Made by a program: the position numbers and the translations under genes | In this document: one piece after another, positions 8,940-18,875 of the stretch | Position numbering within the stretch: position 1 is the stretch's first letter | Layout: every line of letters starts with the position of its first letter | The notes under the pieces: model-generated | What the model saw: the letters and a program-made list of their open reading frames with translations, nothing else | Told to the model about the DNA's origin: nothing | The model's database searches: none | Assembly (NCBI GenBank): GCA_963709835.1 | Contig: CAVPYG010000089.1 | Location: 11,687 to 75,686 of the forward strand | Length of the DNA: 64,000 bases | Reading direction: 5' to 3' | Origin: an uncultured Acidobacteriaceae bacterium | GTDB taxonomy: Bacteria; Acidobacteriota; Terriglobia; Terriglobales; Acidobacteriaceae

Positions 8940-9371
8940 TTAGCCGGCTTGGGCGGCGGGTTGGGCGAGTGGCGATGGTCGCAGGATTTTTTCAATCTTG
9001 TCGAGCAGGGTACGCCGGGAATAGGGTTTGGCGAGGAAATAGGTGCGCGACTCGGGGGCTTCGACTTCGTACTCGGGGTTGGTGTAACCGGAGGTGACGA
9101 GCAGGACAACTTCCGGGAAAAACTGGCGGAGGTCGTGGCCGAGTTGAAGTCCGGAACGGCCGGGGAGCACCATGTCGGTCATCACGAGAGCGATGGGGCG
9201 GTGGCAGGAGTGGTAAATCTTCATCGCATCGGGGGCATCGCTGGCGGGGAGAACTTCGAAGCCGGCGTGCTGGAGAATGCCGCAGGTGGCGTCGCGGACA
9301 AAAGGCTCGTCCTCAACCAGAAGAATGGTGGGCCGGGGATGGTTGGGTGGTGGGTAGGGTTGAAGGGTCAT
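8940..9371 (-). CDS. Single-domain CheY-like response regulator
   Basis: 'ILLVEDEPFVR', phospho-acceptor 'LVMTDMVLPG', 'LVTSGY', 'LAKPY'. Start taken at 'MTLQPYPPP'. Confidence 0.85.
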   Translation of the reverse strand: MTLQPYPPPNHPRPTILLVEDEPFVRDATCGILQHAGFEVLPASDAPDAMKIYHSCHRPIALVMTDMVLPGRSGLQLGHDLRQFFPEVVLLVTSGYTNPEYEVEAPESRTYFLAKPYSRRTLLDKIEKILRPSPLAQPAAQAG

Positions 9372-9499
9372 AGCATCCTCCGAATTAGTTTTCCGACAAT
9401 GCATGTAGCAATCGGGTGACCTCGGCGGCACGGAAAGGCGGCGCGATCCGCACGAAGCTCTCTATTCTTTGGGAACAGCGTTTGGAAATGGCGGGGGAT

Positions 9500-12175
9500 T
9501 TACTTCGGGGCGCTCAGGATGGTCTGCTTGGGATCGAGGAGGATCTTGCGGACGGCAGTGGGCGCGGGCAGGCGGAAGGCGGTGTCGGGGCCATCGGCGA
9601 GGACCTCGCCGAGAAAAACCTGAGCGTTTCCGGGGGCGGTGATGGCATAGACGGGGACGGCGGTCACGAGGTCGTCGGGCACGTCCTTTTGAACGATCAC
9701 ACCGGTCACGGTGGTCACGCCATTTTTGTCGGTGATGCGAATATCGCGGGCTGAAAGCTCGGGGATCGAGGTGCCATCGATCCAACCTTGGAGGAACCAG
9801 TCCAGTTTGGGACGTTTTTCGTACCAAAGTGGGCGGGGCAGGTCCTGCTGGAAAACTGCGAGCAGTTCCTCGGTGGTTATGGTCTTCCCCTGATAGCGAT
9901 CGCGGACTCTGCGGAGGGCGCGGAAGAACGGATCATTGGAACTGGAACTGGAACTGGAATTGGAATTTGCGATTGAATTTGAATTCGGCGGCGGACTCGG
10001 GCGGGCTTTGCGGGCACGGGAGGCGGCATCGGAACCGCAGGGCGATGAATCGCGCAACATGGAGCGCAGCATGTGAAACAGCCAGGTCCCGCGTTCGTAG
10101 CTGATGGATTCGTAGCCCTGGGGGAAATGGGACGAGTCGAGGCGCGGGCCGAGGGTCACTGGCCCGGCGTCGCGCAGGCGCTCTCCAGCTTTGTTGGTGG
10201 TGAGAAGATCGCGGCGATACGTTTCCAGGACCTGGCGGAATTGGGCGGGGTCGCGCCGCTCGAGCAGCAAGAGCGAGGAATAGTTGGCCAGACCCTCGGC
10301 AATCCACTGATCGCGATAGCTTTTCCAGCCGACCAGATCGCCCCACCACTGATGCGCCGTCTCATGAGCGAGGACCAGGGTGTCGAGTTCGCGAGCCGCC
10401 GGATCGAGGCGCAGATCCTCCTGCTCCTGCGGACTGAGAAAGGCAAAGCTGGAGAGAAAGACGAGGCCGGGCCATCCCTGACTTAAGTTGCCGGGCAGCT
10501 GGGTGAGGCCGAGCGAATTATAGGGATAGGGGCCAAACCACTGGGAGAAACTTTCGACGGCCTTGGCGGCCCTGTCGGCGACGGCCTGGGCATCGCGGGC
10601 GGGCGACGGAGGAGGAGGAGTCAGGACGAGGGGCACGATCACCCTTGACGTGGGGGCGTCTTGGAAAACCGGGGGCTCAATTACCTTGGGTTGAGGTTTG
10701 GGGAACGATTTCTCGACTCCCTTGGTGCCGAAGGCTTCGATGAGAATGTCGCCCGCCCTGGCTTCGGCGCGGACGTACTTGCCGAGGTTGAAGCCGGCAA
10801 CGGGGATTGGTTGGTCGGAGACCCAGCGCGAGACTTTCTCGGCAGGGGCCGGCGGGTTGGCTTCGGCTTGGGTTTTGTTTTTGTCTTCGTTATTATTGTC
10901 TTCGTCTTCGTTTTTGCCCGCGCTGGAGATTTGCTTTCCGGTGGCCACCAGGGTCCAGGAGGGTGGGTAGTGAAACTCGATGTCGAACTGGGCGGGGCTC
11001 AAACCGAAACTCGGATACCAGGTGCCGCGCTCGCCGACATAGAGCAATCCTTTTCCGGCCTCCGACAAAACCTCGCCCGCGTAGGTGAAGCGGAGTTTCA
11101 ATTCCTGTCCGGCGGCGAGGGGCGCGGGAAAAATCACGGCCACCAGATCGTTGCCTTTTCGCTGGAGTGCGCTGCCTTCGATGGCCGGGTTCTGGATGAA
11201 GTCGGCGGGGAGGCCGGCGGCTTCGACGGCATCGAGCTTGAGATAACGCGACAATTCAAAGATCAGAGTGCGTTCACCTCCGGCGCGAACGTGAACATTC
11301 ACCTCGGTGGATGCTCGCAACATGGTGGGAGGCTCGACCGAGGCGCGAATGCGGAAGGCGGTGATCAAGGGGCCCTCGGGGCGCGAGGCCGGGGCCGCGG
11401 GGGGCGCAAACGAAGTCCAGAGATCGAAGAACAGGCTGCCATCTTTGAGCAGGGGCTGGCCCGCCCACAAAGGCTCGGCGGTGGCCGCATCCCAGAACAC
11501 TTCAAAGGCTCCCAACCTTTTGCCCAGCAGATGAGCATGGAGGAGAGGGGGGAATTTCCGCTCGGGCTCGTGGAGGGACGGACCGGCTCGTCCGTCCGCG
11601 GGAAGGACAGGAAGAAAATGGCTGAAGTCGAGGAATAAACGCAAGGCGTCGAACTCGGCCAGCGAACCGGCGGCATTGTTCCATTGTTCTATCGATTGTC
11701 TTACAACATCCGCCTCTTCGGTCGCGGGGGTCAAAAACGGCTTTAAGAGCTCGGCGGTATCGTCGTTGAAGCGCAGGTAGGCGGAGGTGAATTGCTCTTC
11801 GAGAAGCGCCATTCCGGTGAACAGGGCCATCGAACCTCGCTCGACGCGGTTGGGAGGGCGCAGGCGGATTTCGCCGTCACCCTGGAATAACGCGCCGGTG
11901 ATGCGACCGCAAATATCCTCGGTGAAGGCGAGGGTGCCGTCGTCAAGATCGAGATGAAGATTGGGACGGTCGATGGAGGCGTTGCGGACCTGGTAGAGAC
12001 GTTGAGGATCGAGACGCACGGAGCGGATGCGCGCGTAGAGCTCGCTGGTGGTTTGGGGACAATCGGGACGCGGAGGCGAGGCCTGGGCGCAAGCGGTGGC
12101 GACAATGAAGCAACACGCCAACGCGAGCATCCGCCGCGAGCAACACGGACTTGGACTCTTTTCACGCATTGTCAT
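9500..12175 (-). CDS. M1-family (gluzincin) aminopeptidase-like secreted protein with low-complexity inserts
   Basis: 'HETAHQWWGD' plus a downstream 'EGLANY' (HExxH-x18-E). N-terminal signal or lipobox-like 'LALACCFIVATACAQ'. Inserts 'NEDEDNNNEDKNK' and 'NSNSIANSNSSSSSSSN'. Confidence 0.85.
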   Translation of the reverse strand: MTMREKSPSPCCSRRMLALACCFIVATACAQASPPRPDCPQTTSELYARIRSVRLDPQRLYQVRNASIDRPNLHLDLDDGTLAFTEDICGRITGALFQGDGEIRLRPPNRVERGSMALFTGMALLEEQFTSAYLRFNDDTAELLKPFLTPATEEADVVRQSIEQWNNAAGSLAEFDALRLFLDFSHFLPVLPADGRAGPSLHEPERKFPPLLHAHLLGKRLGAFEVFWDAATAEPLWAGQPLLKDGSLFFDLWTSFAPPAAPASRPEGPLITAFRIRASVEPPTMLRASTEVNVHVRAGGERTLIFELSRYLKLDAVEAAGLPADFIQNPAIEGSALQRKGNDLVAVIFPAPLAAGQELKLRFTYAGEVLSEAGKGLLYVGERGTWYPSFGLSPAQFDIEFHYPPSWTLVATGKQISSAGKNEDEDNNNEDKNKTQAEANPPAPAEKVSRWVSDQPIPVAGFNLGKYVRAEARAGDILIEAFGTKGVEKSFPKPQPKVIEPPVFQDAPTSRVIVPLVLTPPPPSPARDAQAVADRAAKAVESFSQWFGPYPYNSLGLTQLPGNLSQGWPGLVFLSSFAFLSPQEQEDLRLDPAARELDTLVLAHETAHQWWGDLVGWKSYRDQWIAEGLANYSSLLLLERRDPAQFRQVLETYRRDLLTTNKAGERLRDAGPVTLGPRLDSSHFPQGYESISYERGTWLFHMLRSMLRDSSPCGSDAASRARKARPSPPPNSNSIANSNSSSSSSSNDPFFRALRRVRDRYQGKTITTEELLAVFQQDLPRPLWYEKRPKLDWFLQGWIDGTSIPELSARDIRITDKNGVTTVTGVIVQKDVPDDLVTAVPVYAITAPGNAQVFLGEVLADGPDTAFRLPAPTAVRKILLDPKQTILSAPK

Positions 12176-12430
12176 TTCGTCCCCGATGACGCAGGCCCCT
12201 CGCTTCGGGCGATGGCCGTGGCTTACCAATAATCTACTCGATCCACGGGGCCAACGTCGTTATGGCGGTATAAAGGAGAGTGTAGTCCGGCGTGCTCCAG
12301 AGGGGAGTGTTGTGGCAGAAAAAAACCTAACCACAGGGGGCACAGAGGTACACAGAGGGAAGCTTACGTGCGCAGCGTTGGTTTGGAACCGATTGGAGTC
12401 GCTCCGCCCCATGGAGAGTGCGTGAAAACT

Positions 12431-12530
12431 GGGTCGTCCCTCCGGGACTTTAATCTCTTTTCCTGCTTTACCCAGCGCTGAAGCGCTGGGCTAAGCTCGG
12501 TCGCCCCTCCGGGGCTGGGTTCTGCGATGT
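12431..12530. repeat. REP-like element built from three short perfect hairpins
   Basis: 'gtccc-tcc-gggac' (~12436), 'cccagcgc-tgaa-gcgctggg' (12471-12490) and 'gcccc-tcc-ggggc' (~12502). Intergenic between the M1 peptidase and the FAH gene. Confidence 0.55.
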
Positions 12531-12608
12531 TTCGTTCCACCGGATTGCGGGGAAACGAGTTCTCAGACGGACTCATGAATTCAGGAATTGTGGTTAGATA
12601 TTCTGGTG

Positions 12609-13421
12609 ATGAAATACTGCCGATTCCATCTCAACGGACACAGCCATTACGGACTGGTCGAAGCGGTCGCGGGCGGGAACGAAGAAGAAATCACGCGGCT
12701 GCTGCTGGAGACGCCGCAGTCGAGCGAGGGCAACGTCGAAGGGATTCCCAGCCGGCGCATGGACCCGATCGCGCTGGGCGAGGCGGCGCTGTTGGCGCCG
12801 GTCGAGCCTTCGAAGATAGTCTGCGTCGGGCGCAACTATCGCGAGCACGCGGCCGAGTTGGGGCACGAAATTCCGCTGGAGCCATTGATCTTTCTCAAGC
12901 CGCCCTCTTCCCTGCTGGCGCCGGGCGGAACGGTTCTGCGGCCAAAGATGTCGGCGCGCACCGACTATGAGGGCGAACTGGGCGTGGTCATCGGGCGGCG
13001 CTGCCGGCAACTCACGGAGAGCGACGACGTGCGGCCGTACATTCTCGGCTATACCTGCGTTAACGATTTCACGGCGCGCGATTTGCAGAATAAGGACGGG
13101 CAGTGGACGCGCGCGAAAGGCTTTGATACTTTCTGCCCGGTGGGGCCGGTGGTCGCCGACGGGCTCGATCCTTGGACGACGGGGATCCAGGTGGAAACCC
13201 GTGTGAACGGCGAAGTGCGGCAGTCGGGCAATACCAGGGATTTTATTTTCCCGCTGGGCAACGTCATCCGCTACATTTCGCAGATCATGACGCTGGAACC
13301 GGGAGACCTGATTGCCACTGGAACGCCCAAAGGCGTTGGGCCGGTTGTTGGCGGGGATGTGGTCGAAGTTTTTATTGAGGGCATCGGCGTGCTGCGTAAC
13401 TCAGTGGCTGACCGAGGGTAG
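12609..13421 (+). CDS. Fumarylacetoacetate hydrolase (FAH) family protein
   Basis: '[11 protein letters not shown]', '[14 protein letters not shown]', '[15 protein letters not shown]', '[14 protein letters not shown]'. Start at 'MKYCRF'. Confidence 0.85.
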   Translation: MKYCRFHLNGHSHYGLVEAVAGGNEEEITRLLLETPQSSEGNVEGIPSRRMDPIALGEAALLAPVEPSKIVCVGRNYREHAAELGHEIPLEPLIFLKPPSSLLAPGGTVLRPKMSARTDYEGELGVVIGRRCRQLTESDDVRPYILGYTCVNDFTARDLQNKDGQWTRAKGFDTFCPVGPVVADGLDPWTTGIQVETRVNGEVRQSGNTRDFIFPLGNVIRYISQIMTLEPGDLIATGTPKGVGPVVGGDVVEVFIEGIGVLRNSVADRG

Positions 13422-13465
13422 CTGTCAGCTATCAGCTGTCAGCTATCAGTTCTCAGTTCTCAGTG
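13421..13465. repeat. Heptanucleotide tandem repeat (cagctgt/cagctat/cagttct)
   Basis: 'gctgtcagctatcagctgtcagctatcagttctcagttctcag' lies immediately after the FAH stop codon. Confidence 0.75.
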
Positions 13466-13510
13466 AAGGCTGGATTTAAAGGCCTCCGCCGACTGAGCCT
13501 GGTCGGCGGG

Positions 13511-13560
13511 CCACTTCTCGAAAAGCGCGAGAAGTGGCGCACCCCCAGTTATTTCGGTCA
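13511..13560. repeat. REP-like element (second copy of the 6126-6165 core)
   Basis: Shares the 'tctcgaaaagcgcgaga.gtgg' core. Confidence 0.6.
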
Positions 13561-13802
13561 ACGATTGATGGCAAACCCGTGTCATACGTCCCGGTTAAAG
13601 TGGCCAGACTTTCCCGTACATTACCGTCGATTTTGGCGGGTGGAAGCTTGTTCGCCGATTTGTGCATCTAAGCATCTATAATTAGAGGACAGTGTGCGGG
13701 GGAAGGCCGATCCAAAGTACGTAGAGCAGAGAACGAAGATCAGAAAACGAAGAGCGAAGAGCAACAAACTTAGCGCGAAAAGCGAAGAGTGAAAATCAAA
13801 TT

Positions 13803-15032
13803 ATGTCTACCAAGGTAAAGGTCACGGTCATTGCCAGTTCGCTGGCGGTTCTGCTGTTCACCATAATTGGCGGGTATGTGAACGTACGCGCGTCGGCGAA
13901 TGAGGGCGCGTACCGGCAATTGTCGGTGTACGGCGAAGTGCTGTCGAAAATCCGCAACGATTATGTGGAAGAGCCCAACATTGCGGGCGTCACCGACGGG
14001 GCGCTGCACGGGCTGCTGGAGTCGCTGGACGCGAATTCGAGCTACTTGTCGGCGGACGAGTACAAGCGCTACAAGCAGGCGATGAAGAGCGACGGCAAGG
14101 CGAACATCGGAGCGGCGGTCTCGAAGCGCTTCGGATTGGCGACGGTGATTGCGGTGATTCCCGGGGGCCCGGCGGACAAGGCTGGGGTGGAGAATTCCGA
14201 TTACATCGAGTCGATCGAGGGCAAGAGCACGCACGACATGTCGCTGGCGGAGATTCGCAGTCTGCTGGCGGGCGAGGCGGGATCGACGATCAACGTGGCG
14301 GTGGTGCGAGCGCGGCGGTCGGAACCGCTGAAGATTGCGATCACGCGCGAGGTGGTGGCGATTCCTCCGGCGAGCGAAAAGATGCTGGCCGACAACACCG
14401 GCTACATACAGGTGGACGCGTTCCCGGAAGGCAAGTCGCAGGAGATTGCGGCGAAGATCCGCGATCTGCAAAAGCAGGGAGCGAAGAAGTTGGTGCTCGA
14501 TCTGCGGAACTCGGCCAGCGGCGCGGAAGCGGAGGGCGTGGCGACGGCGAATCTGTTTCTCGACCATGGGACGATTGCGTATTTACAGGGGCAGAAGTAT
14601 CCGCGGCAGGCGTTCAACGCCGATCCGGCGAAGGACATTACGAAGCTGCCGGTGGCGGTGCTGGTGAATCGCGGGACGGCGGGGCCGGCGGAAATTGTGG
14701 CGGCGGCGATCCTGGAGAACGCTCGCGGCGACGTGGTGGGAGACAAGACGTTCGGCGACGGCTCGGTGCAGAAACTGATCGAGATGAAAGACAACTCGGC
14801 GATGATTCTTTCGGTGGCGAAGTATTACTCGCCCAGCGGAAAAGCGATCCAGGATGCGGCGGTCACGCCGAATGTTCTGGTGGTGGACGCGGCGGAAGAG
14901 GACAGTGGGTTGCCCGACGATGAGCAGCCGGCGGCTCCCGAGGAAAATAAAGACGTGAAGCCGAAGAACCAGCCGGACGACCAGCTGAACAAGGCGTTCG
15001 AAGTGTTGAAGGGTAGCGGGACGAAGAACTGA
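13803..15032 (+). CDS. S41-family C-terminal processing peptidase with PDZ domain
   Basis: N-terminal TM segment, PDZ 'VIPGGPADKAGVENSDYIESIEG', 'LVLDLRNSASG', 'VAVLVNRGTAGPAEIVAAA'. Confidence 0.85.
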   Translation: MSTKVKVTVIASSLAVLLFTIIGGYVNVRASANEGAYRQLSVYGEVLSKIRNDYVEEPNIAGVTDGALHGLLESLDANSSYLSADEYKRYKQAMKSDGKANIGAAVSKRFGLATVIAVIPGGPADKAGVENSDYIESIEGKSTHDMSLAEIRSLLAGEAGSTINVAVVRARRSEPLKIAITREVVAIPPASEKMLADNTGYIQVDAFPEGKSQEIAAKIRDLQKQGAKKLVLDLRNSASGAEAEGVATANLFLDHGTIAYLQGQKYPRQAFNADPAKDITKLPVAVLVNRGTAGPAEIVAAAILENARGDVVGDKTFGDGSVQKLIEMKDNSAMILSVAKYYSPSGKAIQDAAVTPNVLVVDAAEEDSGLPDDEQPAAPEENKDVKPKNQPDDQLNKAFEVLKGSGTKN

Positions 15033-15035
15033 AGG

Positions 15036-15079
15036 GTTCAAAGTTGCAAGGTTTCAAGGTTGCAAGGTTTCAAGGTTTA
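15036..15079. repeat. Tandem repeat (caaggtt[tg] units)
   Basis: 'gttcaaagttgcaaggtttcaaggttgcaaggtttcaaggttt' lies directly after the S41 stop. Confidence 0.7.
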
Positions 15080-15222
15080 CGATCGCTCGCTTTGGCGGGC
15101 GATTTTTTTTGCTCGGATGCGATAGCGAGGACTTGATTTTGCGCGACATGGTGGCGGATGGGGTTGGTGGCGTCTGGCAGGGCCTTGGGAGCAGGGTTTG
15201 AGAGTAACGGCCTGATATGCAA

Positions 15223-15747
15223 TTATGGCTTCGGTGCCTGAGAATCTCCGCTAGTGCACCATTGACGGCTGCGCAGTTCATAGCCTTCCAGCCCGCCCTT
15301 CATGGCCATCTCATACAGTTGATCGCCGGTTGCATACTTCGAGCTGAGCGACTGCAACAGGAGTGCGAAGGGGAAGTCGCGGCAGCTAGGGTGATCCTTA
15401 TAGAAGGCTGTTACGACATCCGTATATGCACTGACATCAACGTGGCCTCCTTTGTCGAGACTTATCTTTGAAAACTCGCCGCGATGCGCTATGCAACGAG
15501 CAGACGGGTCGTTGCCCAGACGTTGCGGCTTGCCAATCTCGAACAGTTGGTCGGCCAGATGGCAAGCGCGGGCAAATCCCATCAAATAGCCATCAACTAG
15601 CCCGTAAACGTAAGCGTTTCGCTGCACTGGTGTCCACGAGAGCCATTCCCCTCGACGGCCGGGTTCCTGCGTGCCCTGCGCTGTCGCACAAGCACACAAG
15701 TCAGCCAGAAGAATGATTCCGACGATGCCATAGTTTATGAGCTTCAT
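15223..15747 (-). CDS. Hypothetical secreted protein or lipoprotein
   Basis: Signal or lipobox-like 'IVGIILLADLCACATAQG'. Coherent codon usage. No family recognised. Confidence 0.6.
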   Translation of the reverse strand: MKLINYGIVGIILLADLCACATAQGTQEPGRRGEWLSWTPVQRNAYVYGLVDGYLMGFARACHLADQLFEIGKPQRLGNDPSARCIAHRGEFSKISLDKGGHVDVSAYTDVVTAFYKDHPSCRDFPFALLLQSLSSKYATGDQLYEMAMKGGLEGYELRSRQWCTSGDSQAPKP

Positions 15748-15961
15748 GTCTTGCATTGTACGACTGCTCAGGTTGTTGCAAAATCGCGAGAACGCTCGTT
15801 GACTTAATGGTGAGAACGAACGGGCCAGCCAAAGCCAGGGTCAACACCAAACCGGCACAATTCGGCTCCGGAAACGCGTCGTAATCGAAGCTCTTGTTTT
15901 CGTCGCTCACCGTCTGGACCGCCATCTCCGTAGTTGCGCTGCAACTGGTAAACTTGGGCGG

Positions 15962-18859
15962 TTGAGCGCTAAGAAGAAATCGCCGCTGGCTGGGAGTGCG
16001 GGGGACCGGTCTCGGTCCACATCCGCGCATGAGTCCGCATCCGCGCAGGACTCCGCGTCCGTTCGCGAGAAGGACAAGGGCAAGGGGCGGATTTTTCTGA
16101 TTGATACGATGTCGTTTATTTTTCGCGCCTATCATGCCATGGCGCGGCAGCGGCCGATGACGACCAAGACGGGCGTGCCGACGGCGGCGACTTTCGTATT
16201 CGTCAACATGCTGCGCAAGCTGCGCGACGATTTTTCTCCCGAATATCTGGCGGCGGTGTTCGATGTGGCGGCGCCGACGATCCGGAGCCAGCAGGCGGAA
16301 GCGATCACGACCATCCGCAAATTCGACATCAAGACGCAGACTTTCAAAGAAGAGGAATATGACGGCTACAAGGCGAACCGCGCCGAGATGCCGGCGGACC
16401 TGGCGCAGCAGATCCCGTATATACGGCGGGCGCTGGAGGGATATCGGATTCCAATCTTGCAGCTCGAAGGTTACGAAGCCGACGATGTGATCGGGACGCT
16501 GGCGCGAAAAGCGGCGGAGGAATCGTATACGGTGTTGGTGGTGTCGAGCGACAAGGACATGCTGCAACTGGTGAACGACAAGGTGCGGGTGCTGAATCCT
16601 CCGAAGGACAATCTGATTTGCGATGCGGCGAAGGTGGAGGAGCTGCTCGGAGTGCCTCCGTCGAAAGTGGTGGATGTGATGGCGCTGCGGGGCGACGCGG
16701 TGGACAACATTCCGGGGGCTCCGGGGATCGGCGATAAGGGGTCGGTGGAACTGATTCAGCGCTTTGGCAGCGTGGAACAGGCGCTGGAACACGCGGCGGA
16801 AGTGGAGAAGAAGACGTATCGGGAATCGCTGCAAAACAATCGCGACAATATACTGCACAGCAAACAGCTGGTGACCATCGATTGCGACGTGGCGGTCGAA
16901 CTGGATGTTGCGGCGATGAAAGTTGGCGGGCCGGACGTGGAAGCGCTGCGGGCGCTTTTTGGCGAGCTTGAATTTACTTCGTTATTGAAAGAACTGCTGC
17001 CTGAGACTGAAGTGACGGCGGGCGACTACCGCGAGATCACGTCTAAGGATGAATTCGAGGAGTATTTGCGCGGCGTGGGCGAGGGTGCGGCACTGGCGCT
17101 GGCGATTTCGACCGCGGACACGGATGGCAGTTACAACGGCAGCATTTCCACGGAGAGCGCTGCGGAAGAAGACGGCGAGCCTCAGCCGGCGCAGTCGGGG
17201 ATGCTGGCGCTGCAATCCGCGGACGCGGATGAAGCTGAGCAGAGTGCTGGCGCACAGCGTATTGCTTTTTCGAATGCGCCGGGATCTGGGGTGATGGTCG
17301 CGCTGGAAGACCGGGCGCTGGCCGTTCGGGTGAAAAGCGTGCTGGAAGATGCGGCGGCGCCGAAGGCGGTCCACGATCTGAAATTTGCAATGCATTATTT
17401 TTCCGGGCATTTTTCGGGGCGCTCTTCCGGACAGGGAGTTGCGCTGGCGGGAGTGAAGCACGATCCGATGCTGTATTCCTATCTGCTCGATCCGACTTAC
17501 TCGTCGCATTCGCTGGCGGAGGTGGCGCTGCGGAGATTCAATCTGAAGCTGAGCGGCGACCTGGCGGAAGCGGCGGATGTGACGGGCAGGCTCGGGAGCG
17601 CGCTGCGCAAAGAAGTCGAGGAACAAGGGCTGACATCGGTGTACGAGGATATCGATGCGCCGCTGGTGCCGGTGCTGGCGCGCATGGAAGACGCGGGAGT
17701 GAAGATCGATCTTGGGGCGCTCGGCGAGATGTCGGTGAAGTTGCAGCGCGAGGCCGCAGTCAAGGCGCGCGACATTTATGAGCGGTGCGGGATGGAGTTC
17801 AACATCAATTCTCCAAAGCAACTGGGCGATGTGCTATTCAACAAGCTGGGCCTGCCGATGCCGGCGAAATACGGGAAAGGGAAAAAGATATCGACGGCGG
17901 TGGATGTATTGGAAGGACTGGCGGCGGAGCACGAAGTTCCGCGGCTGGTGCTGGAGTACCGGCAACTTACCAAGTTGAAATCGACTTATGTGGACGCATT
18001 GCCGGCGCTGATTCGCAGCCAGACGGGCCGGGTGCATACGACTTTTGGGCAGACGGGAACGGCGACGGGAAGACTGTCGTCGACGAACCCGAACTTGCAG
18101 AACATTCCGATTCGCACGGTAATGGGGCGGGAGATTCGCGCGGCTTTTATCGCCGAGCCGGGGCACGTGCTGCTGGCGGCGGATTATTCGCAGATCGAAT
18201 TGCGGCTGCTGGCGCACTTTTCGAAAGACAAGCTGCTGGTGGAAGCGTTCCGGCGCGGGGACGACATTCACACCCTGACCGCAGCGCAGGTGTTTGGCGT
18301 GCCGCCGCTGATGGTGACGGCCGATCAGAGGCGGGCAGCGAAAGTGGTGAACTTCGGGATCGTCTACGGATTGTCGGCGTTCGGATTGTCGCAGCAGTTG
18401 GGCATTGAGCCGGGAGAGGCGCGTAAATTTATCGATGCGTATTTTGAAAAATATGCGGGCGTGCGGGCATTCATTGACGCAACGATCGAGCAGACGCGGC
18501 GGGACCGGAAAGTGAAGACGCTGTTTGGGCGTGTTCGGCCGATCCCCGACATCGACAGCAAGAACGCCACCCAGCGCGGGTTTGCGGAGCGCACGGCGGT
18601 GAACACTCCGCTGCAGGGAACGGCCGCCGATCTGATCAAGCTGGCGATGATCCGGATCGACGAAGAAATTCGCAAACGGGCGCTCGGGTTGCAGATGACG
18701 TTGCAGGTGCACGACGAACTGCTGTTTGATGTACCTCCCGAGGAACTGGATACAGCGCGCAACTTGGTCAAGGAAAGCATGGAAAACGTTTATCCGCTGG
18801 CCGTCCCGCTCGTCGCCGATATCGGTGTTGGGCCGAATTGGCGCGACTTAGAGTACTAA
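15962..18859 (+). CDS. polA: DNA polymerase I
   Basis: 5'-nuclease domain ('LIDTMSFIFRAYHA', 'EADDVIGTLA'), 3'-5' exo-like region, and pol motifs 'DYSQIELRLLAH', 'RRAAKVVNFGIVYG' and 'LQVHDELLF'. TTG start in the track. Confidence 0.95.
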   Translation: MSAKKKSPLAGSAGDRSRSTSAHESASAQDSASVREKDKGKGRIFLIDTMSFIFRAYHAMARQRPMTTKTGVPTAATFVFVNMLRKLRDDFSPEYLAAVFDVAAPTIRSQQAEAITTIRKFDIKTQTFKEEEYDGYKANRAEMPADLAQQIPYIRRALEGYRIPILQLEGYEADDVIGTLARKAAEESYTVLVVSSDKDMLQLVNDKVRVLNPPKDNLICDAAKVEELLGVPPSKVVDVMALRGDAVDNIPGAPGIGDKGSVELIQRFGSVEQALEHAAEVEKKTYRESLQNNRDNILHSKQLVTIDCDVAVELDVAAMKVGGPDVEALRALFGELEFTSLLKELLPETEVTAGDYREITSKDEFEEYLRGVGEGAALALAISTADTDGSYNGSISTESAAEEDGEPQPAQSGMLALQSADADEAEQSAGAQRIAFSNAPGSGVMVALEDRALAVRVKSVLEDAAAPKAVHDLKFAMHYFSGHFSGRSSGQGVALAGVKHDPMLYSYLLDPTYSSHSLAEVALRRFNLKLSGDLAEAADVTGRLGSALRKEVEEQGLTSVYEDIDAPLVPVLARMEDAGVKIDLGALGEMSVKLQREAAVKARDIYERCGMEFNINSPKQLGDVLFNKLGLPMPAKYGKGKKISTAVDVLEGLAAEHEVPRLVLEYRQLTKLKSTYVDALPALIRSQTGRVHTTFGQTGTATGRLSSTNPNLQNIPIRTVMGREIRAAFIAEPGHVLLAADYSQIELRLLAHFSKDKLLVEAFRRGDDIHTLTAAQVFGVPPLMVTADQRRAAKVVNFGIVYGLSAFGLSQQLGIEPGEARKFIDAYFEKYAGVRAFIDATIEQTRRDRKVKTLFGRVRPIPDIDSKNATQRGFAERTAVNTPLQGTAADLIKLAMIRIDEEIRKRALGLQMTLQVHDELLFDVPPEELDTARNLVKESMENVYPLAVPLVADIGVGPNWRDLEY

Positions 18860-18875
18860 TGGCGCAGGGTCCACC

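Noticed and set aside
8744-15079. Short tandem arrays (8744-8787, 13421-13465, 15036-15079) considered as CRISPR arrays
   Set aside because: The period is only 7-8 nt, with no unique spacers, no 25-40 nt repeats and no cas genes in the window.
15701-18712. Long antisense ORFs opposite polA (15701-16858, 16982-17821, 17834-18712)
   Set aside because: Their Arg/His/Pro/Gln-rich composition is typical of shadow ORFs in high-GC genes. polA on the plus strand has unambiguous motifs over the same span.
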